Translations under genes and position numbers: made by a program
In this document: in pieces, positions 1-9,114 of the stretch
How positions within the stretch are numbered: position 1 is the first letter of the stretch
How the letters are laid out: each line of letters starts with the position of its first letter
Notes under the pieces: model-generated
Told to the model about the DNA's origin: nothing
Databases searched by the model: none
The model's input: only the letters and a program-made list of their open reading frames with translations
DNA from: Candidatus Velthaea sp.
GTDB taxonomy: Bacteria > Vulcanimicrobiota > Vulcanimicrobiia > Vulcanimicrobiales > Vulcanimicrobiaceae
Assembly: GCA_965214935.1 (NCBI GenBank)
Contig: CBDCCS010000003.1
Span: 96,001-160,000, forward strand
Direction of reading: 5' to 3'
DNA: 64,000 nt

Positions 1-1905
1 GGTGCCGCCCGACGGCGAGACGTTCGTATACGTCAAGGTGTACCGCAGACAATCATTGGGCTTGGCGGCCGTCGCGTTTGCCGTCCAGGTTGTCGCAGCC
101 GCGCATGTTTGCCCGGCGGCGTCATCGACGGTCTTGACGAGCTTGATGAAACCGCCGACGAAGAAGTCGTCGTGCGTCGTATTGCTCTTCGTATTGTCGT
201 TACCGGACGTCGCGACGATCGGATCGTCGTACAGTGTGACCGCGTTGAAAGTGGTCGCCGCACCTGACGGCGGCGTCAGAACGACTTTGTAATTGACGGT
301 CGATCCGGACGGTACGGCGAGCGTTGTGATTGCCGTGCCGCCGACGGTCTGGAATTGCACCGTCCAGCCCGAAGGCAGCGTCGCGATCGTACTCGTGAGC
401 GTGTAAACGTCGTCTTTATTACCGGTATTTTGCGCGGAGTTCGTATAGGTGATCGCCGCAGCGGCTGCGGGTACGGAAACCGTCGATCCCCAAACCGACG
501 CCGTCAGATTGCCGCCGTTGGTGTAGCTAATGGCCGTAAAGTCGCTATTGTTGTCCGCGCCGACGGCGCCGGGCTGACCGCTGGGACCATTGAGCACCGA
601 ATTGCTAACGACCGCTGCGGCGGACTGAACCGAGCCGGCGCCTTGGATTCCGCCGTTGGTGTTGGTGATAGCGGCCGCCGTTTGTGAAGCGGTCGCGCTG
701 CCGGTGTTGGCCACCGTCTGGAACGTGATGCCGGGACCCTCGATGTAACCCGACTGATCGGCGAAGATCGAGTTGGCGACATCGGTAACGGCGGTCGCAT
801 TGCCGGCGCCGCTGGCAGCGGAGTTGAGGACCGTGAAGGTGTAGGCAAGCTGCGCTTGGGCGGCGGTAACCGAGTTTTGCGACGAGCCGGGATTGGAAGC
901 ACCGAACGAACCGGTTATCGCCGACGCCGGGATGAAGACGCCGACGTATGTCGCGCCGGTCGTCGAGGTGGTCCACGTCGTGCCGTTGGTCGAGTAGATG
1001 AACGTCGCGCCCGTCGGTTGATGACCGGCGACGAACGACGGCGTACCGCTCAATGCCAGCGTCGTAGCGGCGGGGAATTGCGGTAGCGCATCGGTGACGA
1101 CGATACCGTTGCCGGTGATTCCGGCACCGGCCGGAAGCCCGGCACGATTGACTGCGACCATCGCCCGGCCACCGCCGTTGTTGTAGTTGACCGTATAGGT
1201 GGTCGTCGTTGCGCCGGGCGTCGCCGCAGTAACGCCGACATCCATCCGCGCATCGGCGATAACGGTATCGCTATAGTTACCGACGGCGCTCGTCGACGTC
1301 GTCTGCGTCGTTCCGCTACCCGCTAATTGCGTGATCGTAGCCGTGAGATCGGTCGTGATCGAACCTGTCGCGTTACCGGCAGCCGAATAGAGAACGCCGA
1401 TGGTGATCGTCCCGGCACTGCTCGAAACAAGAAACGGGGTGCTGCCGGTATTACCGGTCGATAGATACGTATTGACCGCCGCAATCGAGGTGTAGACCTG
1501 TTGCGTTTGGCCCGGCACGTTGACGACGTAGGACGTGAATGTGGCGTTGGCGCTCGTCACGCCGTCATCGGTACTCTGCGTTCCGGTCAGCTGAAAATAA
1601 CCCGAACCGTTACCGGTGTTGGTGAGCGTATACGTATCGGTCATCGCCGCACCGGGGCTAACGGTGTTGTTACCGGGCGAACCCGACGGCGGCGAAATTG
1701 TCAACGCCGGAACGTTTTGGACCGTCGTCGTGACGGTATTGGATTGCGACGAGTAATTCGTGCTGCCGTCGGAATACGTTGCCGTCGATGTGTTGGTAAT
1801 CGCCGTACCGGCCGCCGTCGCTGCCGACGCCGCTTGTTGGTTAACGCCGAAGAGACAGCAACTCGCGACGATCGCGGCTAGGCCGTAACGCTGCGCGGCG
1901 TTCAC
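1..1905 (-). CDS. Large secreted Thr/Ser/Gly/Ala-rich beta-sandwich (DUF11/Ig-like repeat) surface protein, >635 aa, 3' end outside the window
   Basis: Not in the ORF track; translated by hand. GTG at 1905 overlaps the upstream TGA (GTGA) and the frame is open to base 1. It reads MNAAQRYGLAAIVASCCLFGVNQQAASAATAAGTAITNTSTATYSDG...YTLTNTGNG...VLNGPSGQPGAVG..NNSDFT...GGFIKLVKTV...KPNDCLRYTLTYTN: a signal peptide followed by repeated DUF11-like motifs. Confidence 0.85.
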   Translation of the reverse strand, partial: MNAAQRYGLAAIVASCCLFGVNQQAASAATAAGTAITNTSTATYSDGSTNYSSQSNTVTTTVQNVPALTISPPSGSPGNNTVSPGAAMTDTYTLTNTGNGSGYFQLTGTQSTDDGVTSANATFTSYVVNVPGQTQQVYTSIAAVNTYLSTGNTGSTPFLVSSSAGTITIGVLYSAAGNATGSITTDLTATITQLAGSGTTQTTSTSAVGNYSDTVIADARMDVGVTAATPGATTTTYTVNYNNGGGRAMVAVNRAGLPAGAGITGNGIVVTDALPQFPAATTLALSGTPSFVAGHQPTGATFIYSTNGTTWTTSTTGATYVGVFIPASAITGSFGASNPGSSQNSVTAAQAQLAYTFTVLNSAASGAGNATAVTDVANSIFADQSGYIEGPGITFQTVANTGSATASQTAAAITNTNGGIQGAGSVQSAAAVVSNSVLNGPSGQPGAVGADNNSDFTAISYTNGGNLTASVWGSTVSVPAAAAAITYTNSAQNTGNKDDVYTLTSTIATLPSGWTVQFQTVGGTAITTLAVPSGSTVNYKVVLTPPSGAATTFNAVTLYDDPIVATSGNDNTKSNTTHDDFFVGGFIKLVKTVDDAAGQTCAAATTWTANATAAKPNDCLRYTLTYTNVSPSGGT

Positions 1906-2387
1906 CGGACGACAACTTCATAAACGAAGCGGCGCGAGGTGCCGGGCGCAAGCGGGGTGGTGCCGGCCCAGCGAATCGCGGTATAGCTCGCCACGTCGGC
2001 CGGAACTCGACGATCGCCTTGGGCGCTGTGAACGACGCGCGTCGGTGCGGGCGACCAGGTTGCACCGTTATCGAGTGAATACTCGACACGCGCACCGATG
2101 CTCGTGACGCTGCCGGGAAGCAATGTTGTTGCCGCGACGATCTTTCCGGCCGCCGTAAAATTGTGCGCCGTCGCGTCACCGGAGTTTTTTGCATCGATTT
2201 GCCAGCGAATGTGCTCGCCGGGTAACGCCTTGCGCGAGTTAATCGGTACGAGCGTCACTTTGCCGTCGGCAGCATTGCTGACGAAATCGCCACGTAAGCT
2301 TAGTCCGACAATTGGTTTCGCGCTCGCCATCCCGGCCAACGAAACCACTAGCGCCACTGAAAAGAGCACAGCACAAAAACGAGGCAT
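1902..2387 (-). CDS. Small secreted DUF11 (conserved repeat) domain protein
   Basis: Signal peptide MPRFCAVLFSVALVVSLAGMASA; motifs ALPGEHIRWQIDAKNSG, EYSLDNGATWS, YTAIRW, FVYEVVVR. An alternative ATG lies at 2402. Confidence 0.8.
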   Translation of the reverse strand: MPRFCAVLFSVALVVSLAGMASAKPIVGLSLRGDFVSNAADGKVTLVPINSRKALPGEHIRWQIDAKNSGDATAHNFTAAGKIVAATTLLPGSVTSIGARVEYSLDNGATWSPAPTRVVHSAQGDRRVPADVASYTAIRWAGTTPLAPGTSRRFVYEVVVR

Positions 2388-2695
2388 CTCTAAAGCATCC
2401 ATTCCTAGAGTGAGCCGTAACGGTCCGTTGTCGTGTCATGCGGAACGTCACACAGTCGGTATATCGGCAGGGCTGTGACAGACATGAACCGGCTTGTGTC
2501 GCAACGTAGCTTAGCGTGCACGGTACTTGCGCCGGCGCACGTTAAGTTTGCTCGATCAATGTTTTATTTTGTTAAAGGCAGCTGCGGCTGATTGCAGCGA
2601 GCGCTCTTGCCGGCCGTTACTTTACCGGTGCAGCATACCGCGGAGCAGGGCATCGGGTCAGGTGTCGCGATCGAGGCTTTCTCGTTCGACCCGCC

Positions 2696-4648
2696 GTGTT
2701 GAGCTTTACGCGCTCGGAACGAATATTACGCCAAAAGCTCGCGTCCGAACGGCAACGTCATTGCAGCTGGTGCGCGTTCGCGATGTTTGCGTTCTTGGCA
2801 TGCGGCTTCACGCCCAGCGCCGCATCGGCTGCCAAAACGCCGCCGGCAGCAGTCGTGAACTTATCCGCCTGGTACGATGCAAGCGATAGTTCGACAATCG
2901 GCACGACGTCGACGGCAGTCAGTCAATTACTCGATAAGAGTGGCCATGGCGCGACTCTGGTTCAGCCGGCAAAGTCGTCGCAGCCGGCACTTCTCACCAA
3001 TGGCCTCAACGGACTGTCCACGATCGTCTTCAACGGATACTCGGACTTTTTGTACGGCACGACCGGCTTTCCGACATCGAGTGACTTCACGATCGTCTAT
3101 CTCGGACAGATGTCGGCGGTCAACACCAACAATCTGCTCTCCGACTACTCGACAAGTAACTCGACGTCGCACGCGTTCTGGGGGAATACCGGTCAGACGC
3201 CGTCACTTTATAGCGGCAACGGCGGAGCGTTCGTCAGCAGTCCGAGCGTCGGCTCGGCTTCCTTCATTTGCGTTGCAACATATAACGTTTCGAGTCAATT
3301 AGGAGCCATCTATAACAACGGTACTTCCGCGCCGGCAACGGGAAGCGGCGGCGCCGCTGCGACCGATCCCTCAATCGAAATCGGCGGATTTGCCGGCGCC
3401 CAGTATTTTCTCACCGGAACGTTGGGTGAAGCACTCGTATACGGTCGGGTGCTCACGACGGCGGAGCGTCAATCCATCGAAGGCTACGTTGCCTGGAAAT
3501 GGGGGCTGCAAGCAAATCTGCCGGCCGGACATCCATACGCCGCAGCGCCGCCGCAAAGCTTTACGCCGCTGTCGGTAGCAAATCTTAGTGCTTGGTACGA
3601 CGCCAGCGATGCAACGAGTGTCACGACCGTACCGGGCGTCACGCGTTGGAACGACAAAAGCGGAAACGCGCCGAACCTGACAACCACGGCGCAAGAAAAT
3701 CTCTGGCCCGTCACCGCCGCTAATTCGATCAACGGGCTGACGACGGTTGCGTTCGCCGGCGGGCAGTATCTGGATGCAGCAAGCGGTTTTCCAACCTCGA
3801 GCGATTATACCGTCGCAGCCGTGGCGCAATTTACCGGAGCGGGCTCCAACAATATCTTCTCAGGCTATACCACCGCCGGAACGAGCCACGCTTTGTACGG
3901 CAACAACGTCATGACGCCGACGCTTTGGCAAAACGGCAACGTCGTTTCGGCACCGAGCACCGGGACGGCGGCGTTTCTTGCCGTTGCAACGTCGACGACG
4001 GCGGGTGCGGGGTCGATCTATGTCAACGGCGGAGCGGCTGCGTCTGCGTCTACGGCTAATACGCCGGTGAGCGACGCATCGATAGAAGTCGGCGGTTTCG
4101 CCGGCGCCGCCAACTTTCTTACCGGGAACATCGGTGAAATTTTGGTCTATCACACCGTACTTTCGACCGCGGAGCGCCAGTTCGTCGAAGGCTATCTGGC
4201 CTGTAAATGGGGCCTAACGCTACCGGCGGGACATCCGTACCATGGAAATTGTCCGCTTAGTGCAACGGCTTCGCTGGCGCTCGTGCTGGCCGTGTCGCCG
4301 GCCGGCTCGCAAAGTCCAAATACGGTTCTAACGTACGCCACAACGTTCACGAACTCGAGCGGAACGCTCGTGTATAATCCCGTCATCAACGTCGGAATAC
4401 CGGCACAGACGTACTTTGCGGTCGGCTCGGCGTCCGCTGCGTTGGGCACGACCGGATTGAGTGCAAGTATCAGCTATTCGCAAGACGGCGGATCGACGTA
4501 TTCGTACGCGCCCGTAAGCGGTGCGGGCGGCGCACCCGCCGGTTATGACGGCAACGTGACCAACATCCGCTGGACGATGTCGGGAGCGCTGGGGCCTGCG
4601 CCGTCCGTCGACAGCGGCGGCACGACCTACAACGTCCTCATCAAGTGA
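2696..4648 (+). CDS. Secreted protein with two tandem LamG/concanavalin-A-like domains and a C-terminal DUF11-like domain (putative adhesin)
   Basis: Two internal repeats, each NLSAWYDASD...IG/VGGFAGA..FLTG..GE.LVY..VL.TAERQ..EGY.A.KWGL..LPAGHPY. The C-terminus has LTYATTFTN and SYSQDGGSTYSY...VTNIRW. The real start may be the ATG at 2783 (MFAFLACGFTPSAASAA). Confidence 0.75.
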   Translation: MLSFTRSERILRQKLASERQRHCSWCAFAMFAFLACGFTPSAASAAKTPPAAVVNLSAWYDASDSSTIGTTSTAVSQLLDKSGHGATLVQPAKSSQPALLTNGLNGLSTIVFNGYSDFLYGTTGFPTSSDFTIVYLGQMSAVNTNNLLSDYSTSNSTSHAFWGNTGQTPSLYSGNGGAFVSSPSVGSASFICVATYNVSSQLGAIYNNGTSAPATGSGGAAATDPSIEIGGFAGAQYFLTGTLGEALVYGRVLTTAERQSIEGYVAWKWGLQANLPAGHPYAAAPPQSFTPLSVANLSAWYDASDATSVTTVPGVTRWNDKSGNAPNLTTTAQENLWPVTAANSINGLTTVAFAGGQYLDAASGFPTSSDYTVAAVAQFTGAGSNNIFSGYTTAGTSHALYGNNVMTPTLWQNGNVVSAPSTGTAAFLAVATSTTAGAGSIYVNGGAAASASTANTPVSDASIEVGGFAGAANFLTGNIGEILVYHTVLSTAERQFVEGYLACKWGLTLPAGHPYHGNCPLSATASLALVLAVSPAGSQSPNTVLTYATTFTNSSGTLVYNPVINVGIPAQTYFAVGSASAALGTTGLSASISYSQDGGSTYSYAPVSGAGGAPAGYDGNVTNIRWTMSGALGPAPSVDSGGTTYNVLIK

Positions 4649-5361
4649 GCGCAGACGTTATGAAGCGAACTCCCCGAAGCTGCTCTGGCGGCCTTCGGGT
4701 CCGTTCGTGGTGTCGCCCCGGCGATCTGGCACTTGCATCATTGCGCAACGCTTGGCAGCGATCTACCAAGCGGTGCTCGCGCGAAGCCGCAGATTACGAA
4801 CATGCGCCGATTGACGCGCCGGTCCGAAAACATCAAGCAGCCCGATCGACAGCAACTCGTCATAGTAAGTGGGCCGAACTTCACACCGCCCCAACTTGGT
4901 TCGGCGATATTACGCGTTCATGATGTCTTGGGCAGAGCAACGTTCGCGTAATCTTCCGTGGTCTACAATGAGGCGGACGTTTGAGTTTGGGTTTTGCGCT
5001 CTTGCGCAAAACATAACTGAGCTTAATCGGTGCCAGCCGTGTCGCAGAATCTCATACAATTTTTAATAGTGACGGTTTAGGCAGCTCGGATATTATTGCA
5101 ATTTGCGAATGACCGGCTGCGCGCGCCATCGAGCGATTCGCCTCACCCGAGCTATATCAGATTCGTATGTCTATGGACTCAGGCTAGGCCGAGTGTCCGG
5201 CATAAAACGGGAGCTGCTCCTCGCACCGAGTGAGTCTGATGAAGCTCCGCTCTGGTGCCGTTGGTCCCATTTTATTAAGAAGGCACAGATCTTATACTGG
5301 TTTTACCGATTCGTCGCCGTCGCACAATTGCGGCGACCGACACGTATAATTAGGTGTATCA

Positions 5362-5949
5362 ATGGAACAATTTTTAGCGTTAGTCGCTATGAGCCTACTT
5401 GCAGGGATAATACTTGCCGCACTTGCCGTTTGGCTGACGACGACCCGAGGTAACACGATATCCGACGCGGCGGGCAATGGTCGCGATGCTATAAACTTGC
5501 AGTTGCTAGAAAAGCTTAAGCTCGTTTCCGGCGTGCCGATCGTCGCGCTGTACGTTGTTTCGGCGATGTGTGCATTTGCGTTGCCGACATACTTTGTGTA
5601 TGTAAATCGGCTAGAAACACATATCATGCTCCTCGACGGAACATTTGACCAAGCCGCCACAGATCCGCCACCGCAACAACTTTCAGTGTTGCCCGATAAT
5701 TTGCACATATACGGCAATACATTCTCAATCCCAATCGTCGTAACGGATGCAGAGCAGCAATTCGACGTGAGTGCAGGGCAGTCGTATGCGCCGCTCACGT
5801 TGCAAGCATACGTCAATAGCGCCACGCAGTCGGTTTACTATACGCTCAACGGTGCCCGAAAATACGGTCCTTTCAGCATTGTCGGTACTGCTGCGCATGT
5901 GGGTGCCATTCATCTCACTCGCGTACCCGGTAGCATTGGAATGAAGTGA
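5362..5949 (+). CDS. Hypothetical membrane protein (two N-terminal hydrophobic helices plus a beta-rich domain)
   Basis: 195-aa ORF with an ATG start after AGGTG, two hydrophobic stretches, and overlap with the next ORF; lies in an AT-richer segment. Confidence 0.55.
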   Translation: MEQFLALVAMSLLAGIILAALAVWLTTTRGNTISDAAGNGRDAINLQLLEKLKLVSGVPIVALYVVSAMCAFALPTYFVYVNRLETHIMLLDGTFDQAATDPPPQQLSVLPDNLHIYGNTFSIPIVVTDAEQQFDVSAGQSYAPLTLQAYVNSATQSVYYTLNGARKYGPFSIVGTAAHVGAIHLTRVPGSIGMK

Positions 5950-6341
5950 TGAGCAGATTTGCGCAACAACAGGTATGTCAGCAGAGCATGTCATTATTTT
6001 CAATACACCGCGTACGCACAAGAATTCGAACGTCCACTTGTGTCTTGCTTTTCATTAGCTTGTTCACAGCGATAAGCGTCGTAGCGTCTGCGCAAACGTT
6101 GAGCTTATTCGGAAGTCTGCGAAGCGCTAACGGCGCTGAGCCGATCGTAGGAGCAAGACTTTTTGTCCGACAAGGTGCGGCTGAGCCGATCGGCCCGGCG
6201 CTAAGTGACAGTTACGGGCGGTACGCGTTTTACGATATCAGCCCTGGGCGCTATCACCTTACGGTGTATGTCCATGATGCGAAGAGGTGGGATGTTGAAG
6301 TGACTGTACCGGGTGACCTAGCCCCTATCGTCATCCCTTAA
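5946..6341 (+). CDS. Carboxypeptidase regulatory-like (prealbumin-like fold) domain protein
   Basis: Hydrophobic signal ending ASA, then G.LRSANGAEPIVGARL...SDSYGRYAFYDISPGRYHLTV, the pattern typical of this domain. Confidence 0.65.
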   Translation: MMSRFAQQQVCQQSMSLFSIHRVRTRIRTSTCVLLFISLFTAISVVASAQTLSLFGSLRSANGAEPIVGARLFVRQGAAEPIGPALSDSYGRYAFYDISPGRYHLTVYVHDAKRWDVEVTVPGDLAPIVIP

Positions 6342-6813
6342 GTCAAGCGTGATCACGTTGTAAGCGGCATTCGAAAACGGCGCAACGCAAGCGTCTAAGT
6401 GAGCTGGCTCAGAGCATCCAAGATGCCTCGCGTTACCGCGAATGTTATTTCGCATAACCCGCAGTGTGGACGTCGGCAAGGCAAGTGTGGTCGAGTTGCA
6501 GCTTGCCTTGTCCTCACGCAGCGCGCAAAACAATCATGGCATGCTTTCAAGACTCGTTAAGGATCAGGCCGGAGACAATTAGTCTTCGAGGTCCATGACG
6601 GAATGCGTGATGCCCGATGGCGACTGCACTTGCATGAAGCTCGAACGAGTGCAGATCGAAACGAGACAGTATCGCAACCATTTTAGCGCGAACGGTCCGG
6701 CTCGCAAAACGGCGATCGGGTCGCAAAGCTCCTGCCTTCATCGACCAAAATCTTCGCCAGGATGACCGTCTTGCTGCGCCGGCTGACCAACTCGTCGCGC
6801 ACGAGATTCGTGT

Positions 6814-7326
6814 TTACGAGTGCGCGTAGTCTTGGGCCCGAACCGTAATCCGGAAAGCTTGATGCTTTCGATCGTTTGGTAGAAGAACGATCTTCACCGG
6901 GACAACATCCGACGGAACATTGAACAGTATCTGTTCTTTCCACTGACCGCCTGGTGGAACCCCAAACACACCGCCCATTGGCTTGACTTTGTCGGGTTGC
7001 GCCTGAAACGTATCGCCATCCGAATCGGCGATCGATGCTACAAATTGCTGCATATCTAATGCGTGAGCCGTGCCGTTACTTGCAGATGCGTTGAAAACGA
7101 GCCATTTCTGCCCGGACGCCGCGGTCAACCCGTCAGCATCATTCGCGTTGCGGATTTCTTTTGCAACAAGGCGTATTTCGCCGTTGAACAGCTTGTCACC
7201 GAACGTTCCCGCGACGCCGGATGCTTGATTTGCGCCGCCCGGCACGGGCGTGGCGGTTGACGACAACGCGGCAGCGCCGGCGCTCAGCGCAAAGACCATA
7301 GCGCAGAGCGCAGTCACTCGTGTCAT
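6814..7326 (-). CDS. Secreted DUF4352-like domain protein
   Basis: GGAGG ribosome-binding site, signal peptide, and motifs GQKWLVFNASASN, IADSDGDTF, VPPGGQWKEQILFNVP. Confidence 0.7.
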   Translation of the reverse strand: MTRVTALCAMVFALSAGAAALSSTATPVPGGANQASGVAGTFGDKLFNGEIRLVAKEIRNANDADGLTAASGQKWLVFNASASNGTAHALDMQQFVASIADSDGDTFQAQPDKVKPMGGVFGVPPGGQWKEQILFNVPSDVVPVKIVLLPNDRKHQAFRITVRAQDYAHS

Positions 7327-7518
7327 GGGGCCTCCAAAGCGGCGTGTGCGGACGGGGGCGGCAGAGCTTTACGAGCAGGCGTCCATTGTCCCGCAGAGCA
7401 ACTCGGCTTTCCCTGATTTACGCGCGTTCATCCTTGTTCCGCCGGCAAATGTCGGACCCAACGTGATGCACAAACGTTCGCGCTGCGTAGACAAGCTTGA
7501 TAAAGCCGCTTAGCAAGC

Positions 7519-7545
7519 AAAAAACCCTCACAAAGTAAGGGTTTT
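7519..7545 (-). terminator. Rho-independent terminator after the tRNA pair
   Basis: Minus strand reads AACCCTTAC-TTT-GTGAGGGTT followed by a T-tract, immediately 3' of tRNA-Glu. Confidence 0.8.
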
Positions 7546-7547
7546 CT

Positions 7548-7623
7548 TGGTAGCCCCAACGGGATTCGAACCCGTGTTACCGCCGTGAGAGGGCAGCGTC
7601 CTAGGCCTCTAGACGATAGGGCC
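7548..7623 (-). tRNA. tRNA-Glu (CTC)
   Basis: GGCCCTATCGTCTAGAGGCCTAGGACGCTGCCCT-CTC-ACGGCGGTAACACGGGTTCGAATCCCGTTGGGGCTACCA folds as a cloverleaf with a TTCGA loop and encoded CCA. Confidence 0.97.
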
Positions 7624-7624
7624 G

Positions 7625-7698
7625 TGGCTCCCGGACAGAGATTCGAACTCCAATAAACGGCTTCAGAGGCCGCTGTCTTACCGTTAGACGATCCGGGA
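7625..7698 (-). tRNA. tRNA-Gln (CTG)
   Basis: TCCCGGATCGTCTAACGGTAAGACAGCGGCCT-CTG-AAGCCGTTTATTGGAGTTCGAATCTCTGTCCGGGAGCCA; U1-A72 acceptor pair and encoded CCA. Confidence 0.96.
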
Positions 7699-7703
7699 AA
7701 AAG

Positions 7704-7868
7704 TGGCTCCGGCTGCGTGGACCTTTATTAACGTTTACGGATCCCAAGGCATGTGCCCCTCCATTCATCAAGCATCGGTGCTCCCGGCAACGTCGCTAAG
7801 CCAAGCGACTCTGCGGATCCGACAGAGCGCGGCGCCAAACAATGAACACATGCTGGCTCAACGGAAGC
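7704..7868 (-). ncRNA. Putative structured non-coding RNA of unknown family directly upstream of tRNA-Gln
   Basis: Nested helices on the minus strand: GCUUCCGUUG/CAGCCGGAGC, GCAUGUGUUC/GGGCACAUGC, and hairpins CUCUG/CAGAG and GUCGCU/AGCGAC. The G-U pairs favour the minus strand. Ends in GCCA. Confidence 0.4.
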
Positions 7869-7927
7869 TTACCCGCGGCGGCGTACGGCAGCGCCGCAAA
7901 TAACGCCGATCGGTCGGGAGGGTTCGT

Positions 7928-8995
7928 TTGCAGGCAGTCGTTTTAGTCGGTGGTGAGGGCACGCGTTTACGTCCGTTGACGCTCGAGACGCCCAAACCGA
8001 TGGTGCCGATCATGAACGTACCGTTTCTCGAACGCACCTTGATCCGGCTCAGAGATGCGGGCATCACCGATGTGATTTTGCCGGCCGGATATCTGCCCGA
8101 GGCAATCACCGCGCACTTCGGCGACGGCGGGCGACTTGGAATGTCGGTCCGCTACGTGATCGAGCGCTCTCCGCTCGGTACTGCCGGTGCGCTCAAGAAT
8201 GTTGCAGAGTATATCAACGGCCCATTCTTCGTCCTCAACGGCGACGTGCTTACCAGCCTCGATCTACGCGCAATGATGCAAGTGCACGAGCGGAAGCGCG
8301 GCATGGGCGTCTTGCATCTCATCCGCGTCGCCGATCCGTCGGCCTTCGGCTGTGTCGTGCACGATAGCGACGGTCGGGTGACGGCCTTTGTCGAAAAGCC
8401 CAAGCGCGAAGACGCACCTACGAACGAGATCAACGCCGGGACGTATTTGCTCGATCCGGCGGTCCTCGATCTGATTCCGGCCGGCCGCATGGTCTCGATC
8501 GAGCGCGAAACGTTTCCGCTCATCGTGGCCGGTCCGCGGCCGCTCTACGCCTTCACGACCTCCGACTACTGGGTTGATATCGGCAACCCTGACGCGTACT
8601 TGCGCGCGCACCGGCACATCTTCGACGGTTCGATGCCGCTGGGGATCGGCGCCGGTGTCGAGGGCCCGGGCGCCGGCAGCGTGAGCGCCGGCTCGTGCGT
8701 AGCTCCGGTCTTCATTGGTTCGGGCGTCTCGATCGCGTCTTCGGCCAAAGTCGGGCCGTACGCGGTTCTCGGCGACGGCTGTTCGATCGGAGCGGACGCA
8801 ACGGTTAGTGATTCGTTGCTTTGGGAGGATGTCACCGTCGGCGCAGGTGCGAGTATCGAGGGTGCGATTGTTGCAAGCGGGGCGCACATCGGAGCCGCTG
8901 CCATTGTCCGAACCGGCTCGGTTATCGGGCATCGTACCGAGATTGAGGCCGAAGAAATCGTGGGTGAGAACGCGCGTATAGCAAGCGTGCGCTAA
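7928..8995 (+). CDS. NDP-sugar synthase (mannose-1-phosphate guanylyltransferase-like)
   Basis: MQAVVLVGGEGTRLRPLT..PKP, FVEKP, INAGTY, YWVDIG, and a C-terminal hexapeptide beta-helix. Confidence 0.9.
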   Translation: MQAVVLVGGEGTRLRPLTLETPKPMVPIMNVPFLERTLIRLRDAGITDVILPAGYLPEAITAHFGDGGRLGMSVRYVIERSPLGTAGALKNVAEYINGPFFVLNGDVLTSLDLRAMMQVHERKRGMGVLHLIRVADPSAFGCVVHDSDGRVTAFVEKPKREDAPTNEINAGTYLLDPAVLDLIPAGRMVSIERETFPLIVAGPRPLYAFTTSDYWVDIGNPDAYLRAHRHIFDGSMPLGIGAGVEGPGAGSVSAGSCVAPVFIGSGVSIASSAKVGPYAVLGDGCSIGADATVSDSLLWEDVTVGAGASIEGAIVASGAHIGAAAIVRTGSVIGHRTEIEAEEIVGENARIASVR

Positions 8996-9114
8996 TACCT
9001 TCGTTTGTCCGCTAGCTTTCTCGGGTACTACCCAAAAACGATAGGTGCTAGCACGGTAAAGAGGGTCTTACAGGCCAGCTGTGCTTCGTCGACCATCGGC
9101 AAGGGGTTTTTAGG

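Noticed and set aside
5180..5250. CTGATGA inside a GGAGCT/AGCTCC stem, resembling a hammerhead ribozyme or fluoride riboswitch
   Set aside because: It lacks the GAAA/UH core and three-stem junction of a hammerhead, and lacks the GGCGAUG start and pseudoknot of a fluoride riboswitch.
6315..6335. TAGCCCC match to the tRNA-Glu 3' end as a possible att site
   Set aside because: Only about 7 nt match, which is expected by chance, and there is no integrase in the window.
6700..6745. GCAAAAC...CGCAAAGC resembling a c-di-GMP-I riboswitch
   Set aside because: No GNRA-capped P2 or tetraloop receptor, and no downstream gene on that strand.
7704..7780. A third tRNA or a tmRNA ending in GCCA
   Set aside because: No T-loop, anticodon arm or tag reading frame; kept only as an unassigned structured RNA.
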